A DNA stretch of 64,000 nt from Blepharisma stoltei ATCC 30299 (lineage: Eukaryota; Protista; Ciliophora): the NCBI GenBank assembly GCA_965603825.1, contig CBFDEM010000001.1, forward strand, positions 310,001 through 374,000, read 5' to 3'. The notes under the pieces were generated by a model that was not told the DNA's origin, ran no database searches, and saw only the letters and a program-made list of their open reading frames with translations. The position numbers and the translations under genes are program-made. Each line of letters begins with the position of its first letter. Position 1 is the first letter of the stretch. Positions 1-13,346 of the stretch are shown here, in pieces.

Positions 1-170
1 TCATAACTTTATTGAAATGCTTATGGATACTTAAAATTTGATTGATTTTATATATTTACCTTAAGGATAACATTATATCCTTGAACATTTAAAACCAAAT
101 TAATTTTTAAAATTCCCTATTTTTCCATTTTCACATATTTAATACACTTTAACTTTTGATTTTTAACGTG

Positions 171-866
171 TTATTTTATTGTAAACTTAACATTAGCACT
201 CGAGAGAGTCGCTTCATTTGGGTTGGTCATCCCACAAGTCCCAGAACAGACCTGCAGAGTCCCAGTATAGTTTCCAACTGGATAAGAACTGTTAGTCTTG
301 ATTTCAAACTTCGCAGAATAGCTGCCAATTTCAAATCCTTCATTTAAATAGGAAGATGAAAATGGCTTTAGCGTTGTATCTGGAGGATTGACCGTCAATT
401 TTACTTGCCCAGTCCCTGTTGTATTGGTAACAGCAAAAGTCATTTCAACCTTAAAAGTGGTTCCAACAGACCCTGAAGTAGGAACTACATAAGTATTCGA
501 GATGCTTGCAGCTCCTCCTACTATTGTTGGGCATGAATTTAATAATTCACAAAAGTAAATGGGATCTGGATTGGCCTTCTGGACATCTGAAATAAATGGG
601 TTAAACCCTGCCCCAGAGCATAAATAGATGCAGATTTGGTAAGTTAAGGAATCTGCAAGGTCTTTGCATAAAACAGTGCAATTTGAAGGAATTGTTGGCC
701 CTGTTACGTTTTGGTACAACTGGCTTAAATTTTCATTGCCGAACGTCACGCACGTAGAGCACATGTCAACTCCTTTCAAATATTTGCTTAGTTTTAATTG
801 AGTGACTGGCTTTGAGGTTATTGTTGCCAATAACATAACTAAAGCTGCAAGTCTTATTAAAGACAT
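171..866 (-). CDS. Secreted countin-like protein (saposin-B domain plus beta-rich C-terminal domain), 231 aa
   Basis: Signal peptide MSLIRLAALVMLLATITS; six-Cys saposin pattern CSTC...C..LC...C..LC...DPIYFCELLNSC resembling Dictyostelium countin; TAA stop. Confidence 0.7.
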   Translation of the reverse strand: MSLIRLAALVMLLATITSKPVTQLKLSKYLKGVDMCSTCVTFGNENLSQLYQNVTGPTIPSNCTVLCKDLADSLTYQICIYLCSGAGFNPFISDVQKANPDPIYFCELLNSCPTIVGGAASISNTYVVPTSGSVGTTFKVEMTFAVTNTTGTGQVKLTVNPPDTTLKPFSSSYLNEGFEIGSYSAKFEIKTNSSYPVGNYTGTLQVCSGTCGMTNPNEATLSSANVKFTIK

Positions 867-1012
867 TTATTATAATTTAGTGCTAAAATAAAGGAGAATT
901 ATTATTTTAACTTAAAAATATTATGCTTATGTATTTTGATTTCTAGCCAAAGGAAGCTAGATTCTAAAATATATAATTGCATAAGGTTTTATGAATTATA
1001 ATAAAAATTTTA

Positions 1013-4000
1013 ATGATGGTCAATAAAACCTTAGAAAAAAGAGCCAAAACAATGATTGAAGAAGTCAAAAAGAAACAAAACAAAGAGAATGAGAAAAAAT
1101 TAGCAAAAGAAGAAATGAAAAAAACTGAAAAAAAGCAAATTGAGATAAAAGTTAACAAAATTGAAGAAGTCAAGGTAATTCAAAATTACGATAATTTAAG
1201 AAATAATTCAGAAGCAACAGAAGATCAAGAATTATATTTTCCAGATCCTATTTTGCACTTGTCTAAGCTTCTGCATATTAACACTTCCCGGCAATGCTTA
1301 GTTTGAGCCCATTCTGATTCTTTCGCAAGTTACCCGCCTTATTTAAAAGAAAATACTTCAAAAATTCTTTTATTTACATCAGGCTGTGTTATTGTCGCTT
1401 TAAATCCTTCAAACTCAAACCAATTTTTTTTCTTTGGTCACACAAACACAGCTGAATTGTTAGTGCTTTCTGAAGACCAAAAGCTCCTTGTATCAACCCA
1501 GAATGAACCTTGCACAATTTTCATATGGTCTTTAAGAACCAGAAAACCGCCCAAAAAAATAGAAGTCAAGAGAATGACTCGAATAAAAAGCTTGATTTTT
1601 AATCCTACAGGACAGAAACTGTTATTATCAGGATTAGATGATCTTAACCGTGACGTCTTATTGTTCTATGACATTTCTTCAATTAGCAAGTCCAAAGAAG
1701 CTGCAATAATTGGACAGCAATTAAGCGATTTTCCTATAAATGCAGCTATTTTTTATCCTAAAGATGACAATAGGGTTATTAGTTGTGGTAAAGGAAATAT
1801 CAGGTTTTGAAGAATCAAAAATGGTTGCATGCCAGGAACAACTGTATCAATTGGTCCACACTCAAAAGAAGAATGAATGGCTTTAGAATGTGTGCAAACA
1901 GGAAGTTTTCATAAATTAATTGTTGGAGGATCATCTGGGGTTCTTATACAAATAAGTTTAATTGCGAAAGAGCTTGAAGCTTCATATAATTTGCATCAGG
2001 GAGCAATTTATTGCATTAAAACCAAAGGAGACATCATAATTACTTCAAGCGCTGACAAAACTCTAAAGGTTTGGCCTAAATCTTTTACTGAATCTTATTT
2101 AGAAGTTCAACATAACTCTCCGGTATTATCTTTAGATGTGCTAGGAACTCAGGTCGCTTGTGCAACAGAAAACCGGACCTTAGGAACGCTTAATTTAGAT
2201 ACAAATGACTATAAAACATTATTCAGAAGCCACTTAAACTCGATTTTATCTATTTCAATCCATCCTTCAAAACTACAAGTTTCTACTATTTCAGACGACA
2301 GAACCATTAAAATCTGAAATCCGCTATCAACTGAGCTCCTTTATGAGTTTAGTTCTCCCTTAGATGATCCGCTTTGCTCTGCTTTTAGTCCATCAATTAA
2401 TATTTTAGCTTGTGGATTTTCTTCAGGAGCAGTAAGGATATTTGATCTGGATAACTCCAAGGTAAAAGATGAGCATCATCAGCATAACGGTGGGGTTGAA
2501 ACCTGCATTTTTAGTAAAGATGGATTTTGGTTGATTTCTTTAGGAGGAGATGGATCCACTAGTATATATGACGGAAATAGAGAGTTCCAACCTGTCAAAG
2601 ATATTGCAAATGATTACCCAGGGGCTATCACAGGAATTTTTAGCGGTGATTCTCGCTTTTTTGCAATTGTGGGGTGCTATGGAAGCTCAATTTGCATTTG
2701 GGATACTAAAACTTTGACACAGAGGTTCAAAATAAATTTGCTTACATCTATTAATCAGCTAGAATTTTCAGAAGATTGTCGCCATCTCGTAGCTTTAACA
2801 CATACAGAGACAGATAAGCTCCTATATTACGTTGTTTCTGAAGAAAAAGTTTCTCTTGAAAAAGAAATTTCAGTCCCTCTCGGAATAAAAAAATTCAAAA
2901 TATCCAGAAATAACAGATATATTGCATCCTTAGGCCACGATAAAATAATCAGAATATGAGATTTCTTTTTAGAAAAATCCCCACAAGCATTTTTAGGCCA
3001 TACTGATGAAATTACTGAAGTGTTCTGGGGCCAAAACTGCGATCATTTATTATCATTTTCAGCTAAAGATGGGATTTTTATATGAGAATTCTTAGGCAGT
3101 AAATCGGTGTTTTCCCCACCAGCTGTGGAACAGAATGAGTATATAGAAGAAGTGGAGCCGATTTTAGAAATAAATGAAGAAGTTGAAGAAAAAATAATGA
3201 ATTTAGAAAAAGAAACAGAAGAGTACCTTAAACAAGTAGAATTAGTGCAAACTCAAAGCCAGCCTTATAAAAAACCATCATTAGAGTATATATTTGGGTA
3301 CACTCCTCATAGGTTTAATCTTCATTGGGCGCCAGAAAAAGGATGGTTTTTATACAGCCACTGCTCAAATATCATTAAAATGCTTCTTCATGGAAGCAAA
3401 AAGCAAAAATTGCTTCATGAGCATATAAATGATGTTGAAGTGATTGCTGTGAGTCCGAATTATCAGTTTATTGCTTCAGCTGAAAGTAGCTTAAATATAG
3501 AAGGCTCAGCTAGGATTTTAATTTGGGACTCAGATGAAGGAGAAATAGTTAGCTCACTTGAGTATCATGACCGGTCTATAAAATGTTTGGCTTTTTCTCC
3601 ATGCAATAACTATTTAATTTCAATAGGAAATATTGATGAATGCTTAATTGCGGTATGAGATATAAAATCAGGAAAAATACTTGCTACTTCTATATTAGAA
3701 AATTATGCGAATCAGATTATTTGGGTCCCACAGCTCTCAACATTAGAGTTCGTGACACTATCGAGCCATGATATGATATTTTGGAGACTAAATCAATATA
3801 ACCAGCTAGAATTCCAGCAGGCTGAAGGAATTGGAACTAATGAAACTCTGACCTGTGTTGAATTTTCTAAATTTTTCGAAAAGATCTCATCCCATCTTTT
3901 ATTTGTAGGAACTGAGTCAGGGATGGTCTTAATATTCAATGCACGAACTAATACGCTGGCATCAAGCAAGAGAATAGTTGATTTTAAGATCACTTTTATT

Positions 4001-5146
4001 TCTTCAAAAGAAGATAGAGTTATAGTTGGTGGTGAGCATCCTGAAATCTATAGCTGAAAGTGGGCAGATGGTATGTTTTCTGGCCAACCGGATAGAATTT
4101 TGCTAGAAAGCTACCCAGAATCTTTTGCTTTTGACACATCTGGCAATGAAGGCCTTGTGGGAACTCGCCATTGCAATATTTGGTACATTGATTGAAACGA
4201 GCATGCCACACTACGCATCATCAGTAGCCATTCACAAGAAATTACCTCAATTGCTTGTCGAGGTTTTATAGCTTCAGCAAGCAAAGACCAAACCATTAGG
4301 ATTTGAAACGAAGAAACCTTTGAGCAAGACATCCAATTCCTATCTGCAAGCTACTACTGTCTATCATTAGCTTTCCACCCATCACTTCCTTATCTATGTG
4401 GAGGGTTTAATGATGGTAGTATCAGGATTTTCGATATATCTTCAACTAAATGTATAGGAACTACAAAAGCTTGTCTTGGACTGATAACCTCACTGGTGTT
4501 TAGTAAGGATGGCGACAATATTCTTGTCGGAACAGAAGCAGGAATGATCACTGCTGTGTTTATAGAAAGATGGAACCCATTAAACATAAGACTGATTGAC
4601 TTCGGCAAGGCAGGAGGCCGAATTATTAATATTGATATAAAAGAGAGATCTTTATTAGCCTCAACAGTTGAAGGAAAAGTTAGTGTCTGGGAAAAGAAAT
4701 TCACAGCTCAAAGCCTGCTTGATAAAAAATTATTTGAAAGTGAACAAAGCGAATTTAATTTAATTGACATATATAATGTTCTAGAGCCGAATGAGAAATC
4801 GAAAAATTACTACCCGCAGCCTGAATCTTTGGAATGTAAAGCAAGATTTGACTTGCTAAATGATAAAATTTTGCTAATTACTGTGAGGGGGTTGCAGTAT
4901 TTGCTTTTTAGAAATTATGCTACACATCAAATAGTTAGGAGAGTGAACTTGTCAGGATTCCCACTGACTTTGGCTGTAAATGGAACGAAAATTGCAATCG
5001 GGCTGTGTGATAAGAGGATAATTGTGTATGAAGATGGAAAAATACAAGAGTATAAAGGAATTTCAGATTCTGTTGGCGCTTTGGTGTTTACAGCAAAATC
5101 TTTGGTTAGCTGTTCAGGAACAGAACTTAGCTTATGGTCTGTTTAA
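1013..5146 (+). CDS. WDR90: Large WD40-repeat protein, WDR90/POC16-like, ~1377 aa with TGA=Trp
   Basis: ORFs at 1013, 1457, 1877, 2531, 3107, 3752 and 4496 share one frame and are separated only by TGA at WD-repeat Trp positions (TIKI-W, IIRI-W-D, LIAV-W-D); FPDPILHL motif and YKTLFRSH repeat resemble WDR90; start codon uncertain. Confidence 0.7.
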
Positions 5147-5332
5147 GATAATAAATTAAACTTAATATTATGTGAACGACTCTGATTCTTGAAAACTGAA
5201 GAACTTGGCTTCTTCGTTCTCACAGTCTTTTGCAGGCTCAGTGTTCTGTTTTTTTCGGCTTTTTCTTCTTATTTGCTCTCTCGGTTTCTTCTTTTTTCTT
5301 TTGCAGGATATATGGTCTTAATCGTAAATAGG
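3614..5332 (+). repeat. Left arm of inverted duplication (partner 23911-25530)
   Basis: Direct reverse-complement matches, e.g. 5101 tttggttagctgttcaggaacagaacttagc vs revcomp of 24203-24233, and 5321 atcgtaaatagg vs revcomp of 23911 cctatttacgat. Confidence 0.92.
5168..5332 (-). pseudogene. Decayed, internally deleted copy of the 3' end of the 20066-24166 membrane-protein gene
   Basis: Revcomp matches 23911-24166 (agaagctaagttctttagttttcaagaggcagagtcgttcgcataa) with substitutions and deletions; no upstream part present. Confidence 0.85.
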
Positions 5333-5542
5333 AAATTTTTACAGCTTATAAAAAATTGATCTTTGTGAATAAAAATATCATGGATAAGAAAGATTAGATC
5401 AATTATAAATTAAAGATTTTAAATTATAATCGGCATAATCTAAAATTCATAGCCATTTTTGTTAATCTTTATCCCCATAAGAATTAAACCTCATATTATA
5501 AACATTTTATATTTATTATGTGTAAATATTTCACTTATGCTT

Positions 5543-8500
5543 TTATGTAGGAGTCAAAGAACTTTTAAGTGGAGTCATTGATTTAATTTTTCGTGGATTG
5601 AGTTCAGTAGCTTCAAAGTCTGTCACATTTGTAACATTCGCTGCCGTTTCTTCTTCAGACCCATCACTAGGTTCGTTTTCCAAAGTAATAACTTCGTCTG
5701 TAAACTGTATTGACCCATGAACCCTATTGAGTCAAGGCGCTTCTAATTTCAGTTTGAGTTTTTCAACACTCAGGAGTTGCTTTGCCTTTTCTTCCACTTC
5801 AAATTTCATTACCGGCACTTTAATTCTCGGCAATGATATTGAAGGCCTTATCTGGATTTTCGGCAAGTTTTTAAACGGTAAATCAATTAAAGGAAATAAT
5901 AGAGCAAATGGATTACTGGTATTCAAAGGAAGAACAATAGACGATTCATTGCTACTGAAATTACTATACAAAGAAGGGTCGCATAATAAAGACTCATTGA
6001 AATATTTCTCACTGGACTCTGTATTATTCAAAGACTTCTCTACGACGCCTGCTAAAAATAGCATGCTTCCTCGATGCTGATTGTTAAGGATTTCTGATAA
6101 ATCTTGAAAAATCAGCAAAGCGTGATTTGGGTTTAACTAAATTTGCTTTACACTAATATTACAGACTGCGATATTATAGAGGACTTCACAATTTTCTTCT
6201 TCAATGGAGATCGCGTCTTCAGGAGGGAGATTTTCGATGTTGTCAACTTGGATTGCATCTAAAATTGTTTGGAACTCATAGATGGCTTGATCATATAGCT
6301 CAGAGTACATAAGAAAAACGCCTTTAAAAAGTCTTAAACTTTTATTATCAAATATTTCTCTGGTATTGTCTTCTAGTAATTCAGACATATAATTGCTGGC
6401 TCTTTGGAAATTTGCTTTATCAAATGGTTTTTCAAGAAGCTCTTTTAGGTATTTTAATATAGCAATATCTTGCTGCAAGGATTTGCTTGGCTTGAGATTT
6501 GACACTTTAAGTAACTCATTGTAAGCTTCATCTAAATTGTTGAGGATTATTTGGCACATCCCAATCTGGTAGCTTGTTTCATAGCTAAAGCTAAGACTAT
6601 TCGCAAAATTAAAAGCATTTATTGCATCTTGAACTGAGCCAATAATCATAAAAATGTTTCCTGCTTGTATATGAGTTTGAGGGTCATCGTTATTTTCATT
6701 AATATACTTTTGAAAATCTTCAAAAGCCTTATTAGAATCTCCACTGAGAAATAGGCATCTGGCCCTGTAATAATATGCATCTTTAAAAGATTCATCTATT
6801 TGACAACAAACAGAAAAGTCATCAATAGCTTCTTTATAGAGACCTAAGCTTGCATAGATTAGCCCTCTTAAAAGGTAGTGCTCAGCATCATTATTTTCTG
6901 ACTCTGAAATGGCATTATTAACGCTATCAAGCCCTACAGACCAGTCTTTGTTTAAATATTTTATTATTGCTCGATAATATAATATCTCATAATCATGTTC
7001 ACGGCCTTTTAGTGCTTTTTCTACAAGATCATTAACCATTTTCAAAGTTTTCATATGATCAGTGTTCTCACTTTTTACATGGCAAAGCAATAAAGACGCA
7101 TTTAAAATATAAGGGTCTGGATTTCTAGGAAATAACTTGTGAGCCTTTTTAAACTGTTGGGCAGCCTGCTTGACATCATCTTCAATAATTAATTTCATTC
7201 CTAAGCAGAGGCATTGATTGAACTTTGAAGGCCTGTCAAGCTTTGCAATTAGACAGGATTTCCTGAAGTCTTTTAAAGCTTTATCATAATCTCTCTGCAT
7301 AATGTACCCATATGCTCGACAATTATAGCAGCTGCTCAAATACTCATTTATGACACTATCATTTCTCTTAATCAGCTTTGAAAATGATTTTATTCCTACT
7401 TCAAAATTTCGCTTTATAAGTTCTATTACTGATTCTGCATAAATTCTTAAACTTTTTTGGCTCTGATCTTCATCTTCTGAATTTATTCTTTTAAATGTGT
7501 ACAAAGCTCCGTAAAAATCTTTTTCCTTGATTTTTATAGTGCCAAGGTGGAATATTGCCTGGCTTAAATATGATCTCTCTTTGTCAAATTTTATGCATTG
7601 TTCAAAACATAAGGTTGCGTCAGATATTTTATTAATCTTCAGCATCATTAGACCTTTTTCAAAGTTTGCTTCTGAGCTGTCAGGCTTTAACGAAAGATAT
7701 AGATCTAGATCTTCAATAGCTTCAGTAAAATTGCCGATTGAATTATAAATTTTGGCTCTTTTTAAAGCTACTTCTGGAGGGCAATCTTCAAGGGCTAGAG
7801 CTTTTGTTAAAATCTTTATTGCAGATTCATTGTCGCCGATTCCAGAAAAGCAATCTGCCATTGCAAGAAATGTATGAGCTTTATCAAAATTTTGCTTCAA
7901 AGCCTGGGCAAAATCTTTCAAAGCTTTTTCATATCTCCCTTGCTTCAAAAAAAGATAGCCTCTGTCTATATACCCTTCAGAGAATTTAGGAAATTTCGAA
8001 AGTCCATTCGAAATTCACTTCAAGGCAGAATTTATATCATTAAGTGCTGCATAGCACTTGCTCATTTCCAAATACGCATTTTTGGAATATTTTGGGTTCA
8101 GCTTGAATACTGCATGGAAATCTGAAATTGCAGATTCATATTCATGTAAATTTGCATGGCAAATAGCTTTATTATAAAGTGCAGCTACGTTTTCATGGTC
8201 AATCATGAGGATTTCTTTTAAAAATCCTTTTGCCTTTAAGAACTGCTTATCCCTTATAGCGTCTTTTGCAGTTTCAATATGTGAGTCGAAAGTGTTGAAT
8301 AAATCCTCAACGACTTCTGATTTAAATTTTTGTTTTCTAGATCTAAAAGATTTCATTTCACATACAGAGCTATTGCTTTGTCTCCGGAGAGAATTATTTC
8401 TAATTCTTGCAAGAGGAGAAACATCTTCATAAGCTGCGAATGATTTGTTTATTTTTGGACTTGAATTTTTTCTAGACCGAATTGAATGGGAAGGACTGCG

Positions 8501-8593
8501 AGATTTTTTGCCTGAAGCTCTAACACGAATTCTGTTGATTATTGGTATTAATGAGAGCTGTTGACTATGCGGAGATGGGGTTTTGAGCAACAT
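5543..8593 (-). CDS. Large TPR-repeat protein (~1010 aa), one intron 6137-6151
   Basis: ORFs 8015-8593, 6137-7948 and 5732-6118 join through TGA=Trp and a 15-nt intron; many TPR motifs (ALYNKAICHANLHEYESAISDF, HYLLRGLIYASLGLYKEAIDDF); TAA at 5543-5545. Confidence 0.85.
6137..6151 (-). other. 15-nt spliceosomal intron GTAAAGCAAATTTAG
   Basis: Removes in-frame TAG and restores CNIS|LNPNHALL. Confidence 0.88.
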
Positions 8594-8957
8594 GTTTTTC
8601 TCTAATTAAATCTAATAAATATTTTGAAGCGAGTGCATATACTCTGGAGCTAATAGTGGAGGTATATTCGAAAATGATAAAGACACACATATAAGACTAT
8701 CATAGAAACATTTTTAGAGTTTGATGGACTAAGAAAGCAAAATTATTTTTGAATGAAGAGCCATTTTACCGATTTTAAAATTTTCAATGAATAATCTAAA
8801 ACTTCCCCGTTCTCTCATTATTTTTCTAATATATCAAACTTTTAAATGCCTATATTAATGCCATTAATTGGAAATGTGAAATAAGAGTGTTTCAAAGGAT
8901 TGGATAATTCTTAATACAGTTAGAATAATCGGACTATATTTATATTATACTGAGAGT

Positions 8958-10415
8958 TTACACATGGCTAAGTACAATTTTTTGGAACTCATTAAAATCA
9001 ATTTCTCCATCATTATTTTCGTCAACTTCTCCAATAATAGTAGCCCAAACTTTATCTTCTGAAGAAGCTTTTCCTTCCAGCATTCTCTTTACTTCTAGTG
9101 CAGAAATGGATTGATTTCCATCTTTATCAAATGCATCGAATGCGAGCTTCATATTTTCTGATGATTCCAAAATTTTCCTATCCATTGCTGCTTTTAAAAA
9201 TTCAGAATAATCTATAAATCCATTATGATCAGTATCGACCTCTGCCATAATTCTTTTGACCTCTTCATCAGCTGCTTCATCGCCCATAATTTTCATGAAT
9301 TGAGCCATTAGCTCTTCTCTGCTCAACTTTCCATCATGATTTGTATCGATGGCTTGAAAAATGTTACGTAACATTTTTGTGTCTTTCAGAGAAATGCACT
9401 GAGTTGTTATAAAAGCATTTATTGCATCTTTTAACTTACTTGAAGCATGAAACTGCTGAAGACTCATTAGGGCTGACTGAATTAATTCAGGATCAGGAGA
9501 TGATAATGAAGCATTTCTTGTCATTCAAGGATGAGAAAGCGCTTGAGAAGCTGACAACCTCATCGAAGCTAGGCACAGTAATTCAGAAATCATATTTTTA
9601 GCTGCATTAGAAACTGATCTTCATATTTCCCCTTTAAAAGTAAATTTTCCTCTCTTTACGCACTCAATGATTTCTTCATCATTTTTTCCATCAAAAGGAG
9701 GATGCCCACACAATAGAATGTAAAGAATCACCCCACAGCTCCACATGTCGCATTTCTCATTATATGTTCCAGAAAGAACTTCTGGAGAAATATAATAAGT
9801 TGTCCCCAGTGTTCCTTTTATTAATTGGCCCTTAATAAATCGTGTACTTGATCCAAAATCAATCAGCTTTATGTTGGAAATATCACCCTCTTCCTCAAGT
9901 AAAATATTTTCTGGCTTTATATCTCTGTGAACTATCCCATTTTCATGAAGATATAAAACTGCAGAAAATAACTGGCACATTATTTGTGCAGCTTGAAGCT
10001 CATTAAAGTTCTGTCTCTTAATAATTTCTACAAATAATTCTCCACCTTTACAATTTTCCATTACGATATAAAATCTCATTGAATCTTCGAAAAACTCGTA
10101 TATTCTGATTATATTGGGATGATCCAATATTTTAAGAGTGTCAAGCTCGTTTATAAGGATTCTTTGTTTATCGGGTTCTACTGCTAGATCTTTTCGAAAT
10201 ATTTTAACAGCACGTTCTGCACCTGTTATCAAGTGGGAGCATAGCTTGACATCTCCAAATGCTCCAGATCCTATTTTTTTGCCTAGTTTATAAACATCTT
10301 GAAACCTGTGCTCATTTTCAACTATAAAGCTTGAAGGCTGGACTTTGATCTCAGTAACAGTAGAAATCCTCAATGCTTGAGAATTTGTTTCCTTTTTACT
10401 CGCTACACAACCCAT
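8958..10415 (-). CDS. Calcium-dependent protein kinase (kinase plus 4 EF-hands), ~485 aa
   Basis: MGC acylation motif, GSGAFG, HRDIKPEN, DFG, four EF-hands; TGA at conserved Trp in GEI-W-RSVS and SHP-W. Confidence 0.95.
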
Positions 10416-10735
10416 TTATCTCAATAAAAAAAAGTATATAATAGGATGAATTTTTATAGCATAAACGCAAGTGTGCGTATGTTTAGAAACCATTATTTAC
10501 TTATAAGTATAATTGCCATTTATAAAAATCCTATAAAGCTATGATAAGATTTAATAAATGTGATTTGCAGATAATGCATTATGATGTCATTTACTCCTGG
10601 ATGTGCCAACCTGGAATATATAATATAATCGTTATGACTTGAAATAAGATAATGAGCGCAATAATAATTGTTTAGCATAGAGTCACGTTTTATTTTTAAA
10701 TTAAGGCACATAACCTTTTTATAAAAACTCTTAAA

Positions 10736-12148
10736 ATGGAACCTCTTTTAAATCCTTTACATGACAGAATTGTATCGGATTTAGATCCTCCTCCACACCG
10801 GCCTTTAGAACGATCTCAGTTATATCCAAGAGGTATTGCTTATCCTCCTGACTGAACTAAATTGAGAAACCATTTAGCTTCAGAAGGAAGACTATCTAAG
10901 CAAGACTGTCTTTTATTAATAAGGCAAGCGACTGACACATTTAGAAGAGAAAATAATGTTCTTGAGCTAAAAGAGCCGATTAATGTAATTGGTGACATTC
11001 ACGGTCAATTTTATGATCTTTTACAGCTTCTTGAATCAGAAGGTGACTTTTCTCGTTTCAAACATCTTTTTCTAGGTGACTATGTCGATCGAGGATATTT
11101 CTCAATAGAAGTTGTGCTACTACTATATGCACTCAAGCTAAATTTCAAGCAAAATATATATCTCCTTCGTGGAAATCATGAATCAAGGCAAATTACAAGC
11201 CATTTCAACTTCAGAAGTGAATGCCTTCACAAGTTTGATATAGAGATCTATAACGCAGTCATGGAAAGCTTTGACGCCCTTCCAATCGCATGCATAGTTA
11301 ACAATAAATTTTTAGCTGTCCATGGAGGATTATCACCTGATCTGGTAAATGTCCAAGATTTATCAAAATTCAATAGGTTTACAGAGCCACCCAAGGCAGG
11401 ATTATTTTGTGATATATTGTGAAGTGATCCTATTGACCATGACCAAGGAGTTTGTCCAGAGATATATGCAGGAAATGGTGTAAGAGGTTGTGCTTATTAT
11501 TTTGGAATAACTGCCCTGAATTCTTTTTTGCAAAAATCTCGTCTTATAGCTGTTCTGAGAGCACATGAAGTTCAGAAAGAAGGATTCAAAATGCATAGAT
11601 GGCATGGGGCAAACGAATTTCCTTCAGTTATTACAATATTTTCAGCGCCAAATTATTGTGATGTATATAACAACAAGGCTGCTATTTTGAAATTTGAAAA
11701 TAACCAATTAAATATACAGCAGTTTAATTATACAGCACATCCATATATTTTACCTGATTTTATGCTGGGTTTTGAGTGAAGTTTGCCTTTTATCATTGAA
11801 AAAGTGATGGAAATAATGGAAAATGTGCTGAAAAATACTAGCGGCTCTGAACCCTTGATAAAGAGAGCTTCAATGGCGGGAGATAGAGTTAAGCAATTTA
11901 AAGAGGACTTTAAGGATAATAGAGAAGAAGTTATGAGGGCTAAAGTCACAGCAATTAACAAAATGATAAGAATTTTCAGAACTGTGAGGGAAGAACAAGA
12001 AGTTATTTTAAGACTTAAAGGACTTTGCCCTGATAATAAAATTCCTGCTGGATTAATTAGACAAGGAAGAGAAGCACTCCTGAGTGCAGTTGACTCATTT
12101 TCAAAAGCGAAATCATATGATTTGATAAATGAGAAAAGGCCAGATTAA
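10736..12148 (+). CDS. CNA1: Calcineurin A (PP2B catalytic subunit), ~470 aa
   Basis: GDIHG, GDYVDRG, RGNHE, RAHE, FSAPNY motifs; TGA in CDIL-W-SDP and FE-W-SLPFIIEKV (CnB-binding helix); C-terminal autoinhibitory FSKAKSYDLINEKRP. Confidence 0.95.
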
Positions 12149-12373
12149 GTTTTCTTATCTTGATTGAAGACAAATTTAATATAAAGAGAACTAAAACATT
12201 TAATGATAATATTCGCTATCATTTACCTATTGAAGTAAGATATTCTCATAGAAATATTTTTATAAATATAATAAAATCAAGCATCTTAAAATAAAAATTT
12301 GTAAATAAATAAATTTTGCACAAATTCTTTACGTTTTGTGATAATTTAAATTAATTAAAATATAAAAACCTTA

Positions 12374-13198
12374 ATGATCTGCACACACAGCAAGAACTAT
12401 CACAAAGGGATCAAATTTTGCACAGTTTGTGGAGCTTTTTTATCTTCATCAGGATCTAAAACAATAAGAGAACAAGAATTTCTTTCAGAGTTACATTTTT
12501 CCCCAAAAGATGTGCTTAATGAACTTCGCGATTTGCAAAGATTCAACAGATTTTCAATGTCTTCTCCTTATTTACTATATCGAAAAGTACTTATTGAATG
12601 GATTTTTGAAATAGGAGAAAGCCTAAATGTCAAAGTGCTAACTATTCATAGCGCAATATATATAATGGATACTAGCTTGTCAACAATTGATATCCCTGTA
12701 GTTCAATACCAAGGGGTTGCACTAATTTCGCTTGTAATAGCTTCAAAGTGTGAAGAATTAATAGACGATGCCCTAGAAATTAAAGACATCGCTAGGTTTA
12801 CAAAAATCCCATATAATCGGCTAAAGCAAATAGAACTGGAAGTTTTAGACAGCATTGATTGAAGAGCCCACAGAGCGACCCCTTTGCATTTTTTAGAGTT
12901 TTATATATCAGTTGGGTGCGTATTTGATTCAGATACTATTAAAACAAAAGATAAAAGTAAAGCTGTAAGAAATGTGAGAAAATATAGTCAATTTTTTGCA
13001 GATCTATGCCTTCAAGAGTCTAGCTTTTTAGTATATTCAGCTGAAGAGTTGGCATTGAGCTTTATTGCTTCGGGTAGAAAAGTATTGAATATTGAGCCTT
13101 TGTGAAGTTCAGAGTTAACTGAACTCACCCAAACGAATTTAAATTTAGAGTGCTGTGAAAAAATGTATTCTCTATATTCTCAGCAGTTTCTAGGATAA
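12374..13198 (+). CDS. Cyclin-domain protein with N-terminal Cys/His motif, ~274 aa
   Basis: Cyclin box RKVLIEWIFEI...IASKCEE...IELEVLDSID-W(TGA); reads through two TGA to TAA at 13196-13198. Confidence 0.88.
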
Positions 13199-13346
13199 TG
13201 CGAATGCTTGAAAGAGATATCTACTTATGATAAATTAAAATTAATTATTTTCTTCGGATTTAATACCTTGTTGCCTTAATATTTTAATTCACTATAAGCA
13301 TTATTTAGCTTTATTCCATATGTTTATATAATTTATAAATAAAATA

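Noticed and set aside
1013-5146. Run of short same-strand ORFs resembling an operon or a nonsense-riddled pseudogene
   Set aside because: All lie in one frame and are broken only by TGA at Trp positions, so this is a single gene.
10736-12148. TGA as selenocysteine or cysteine
   Set aside because: TGA aligns to conserved Trp, not Cys, in many non-redox proteins.
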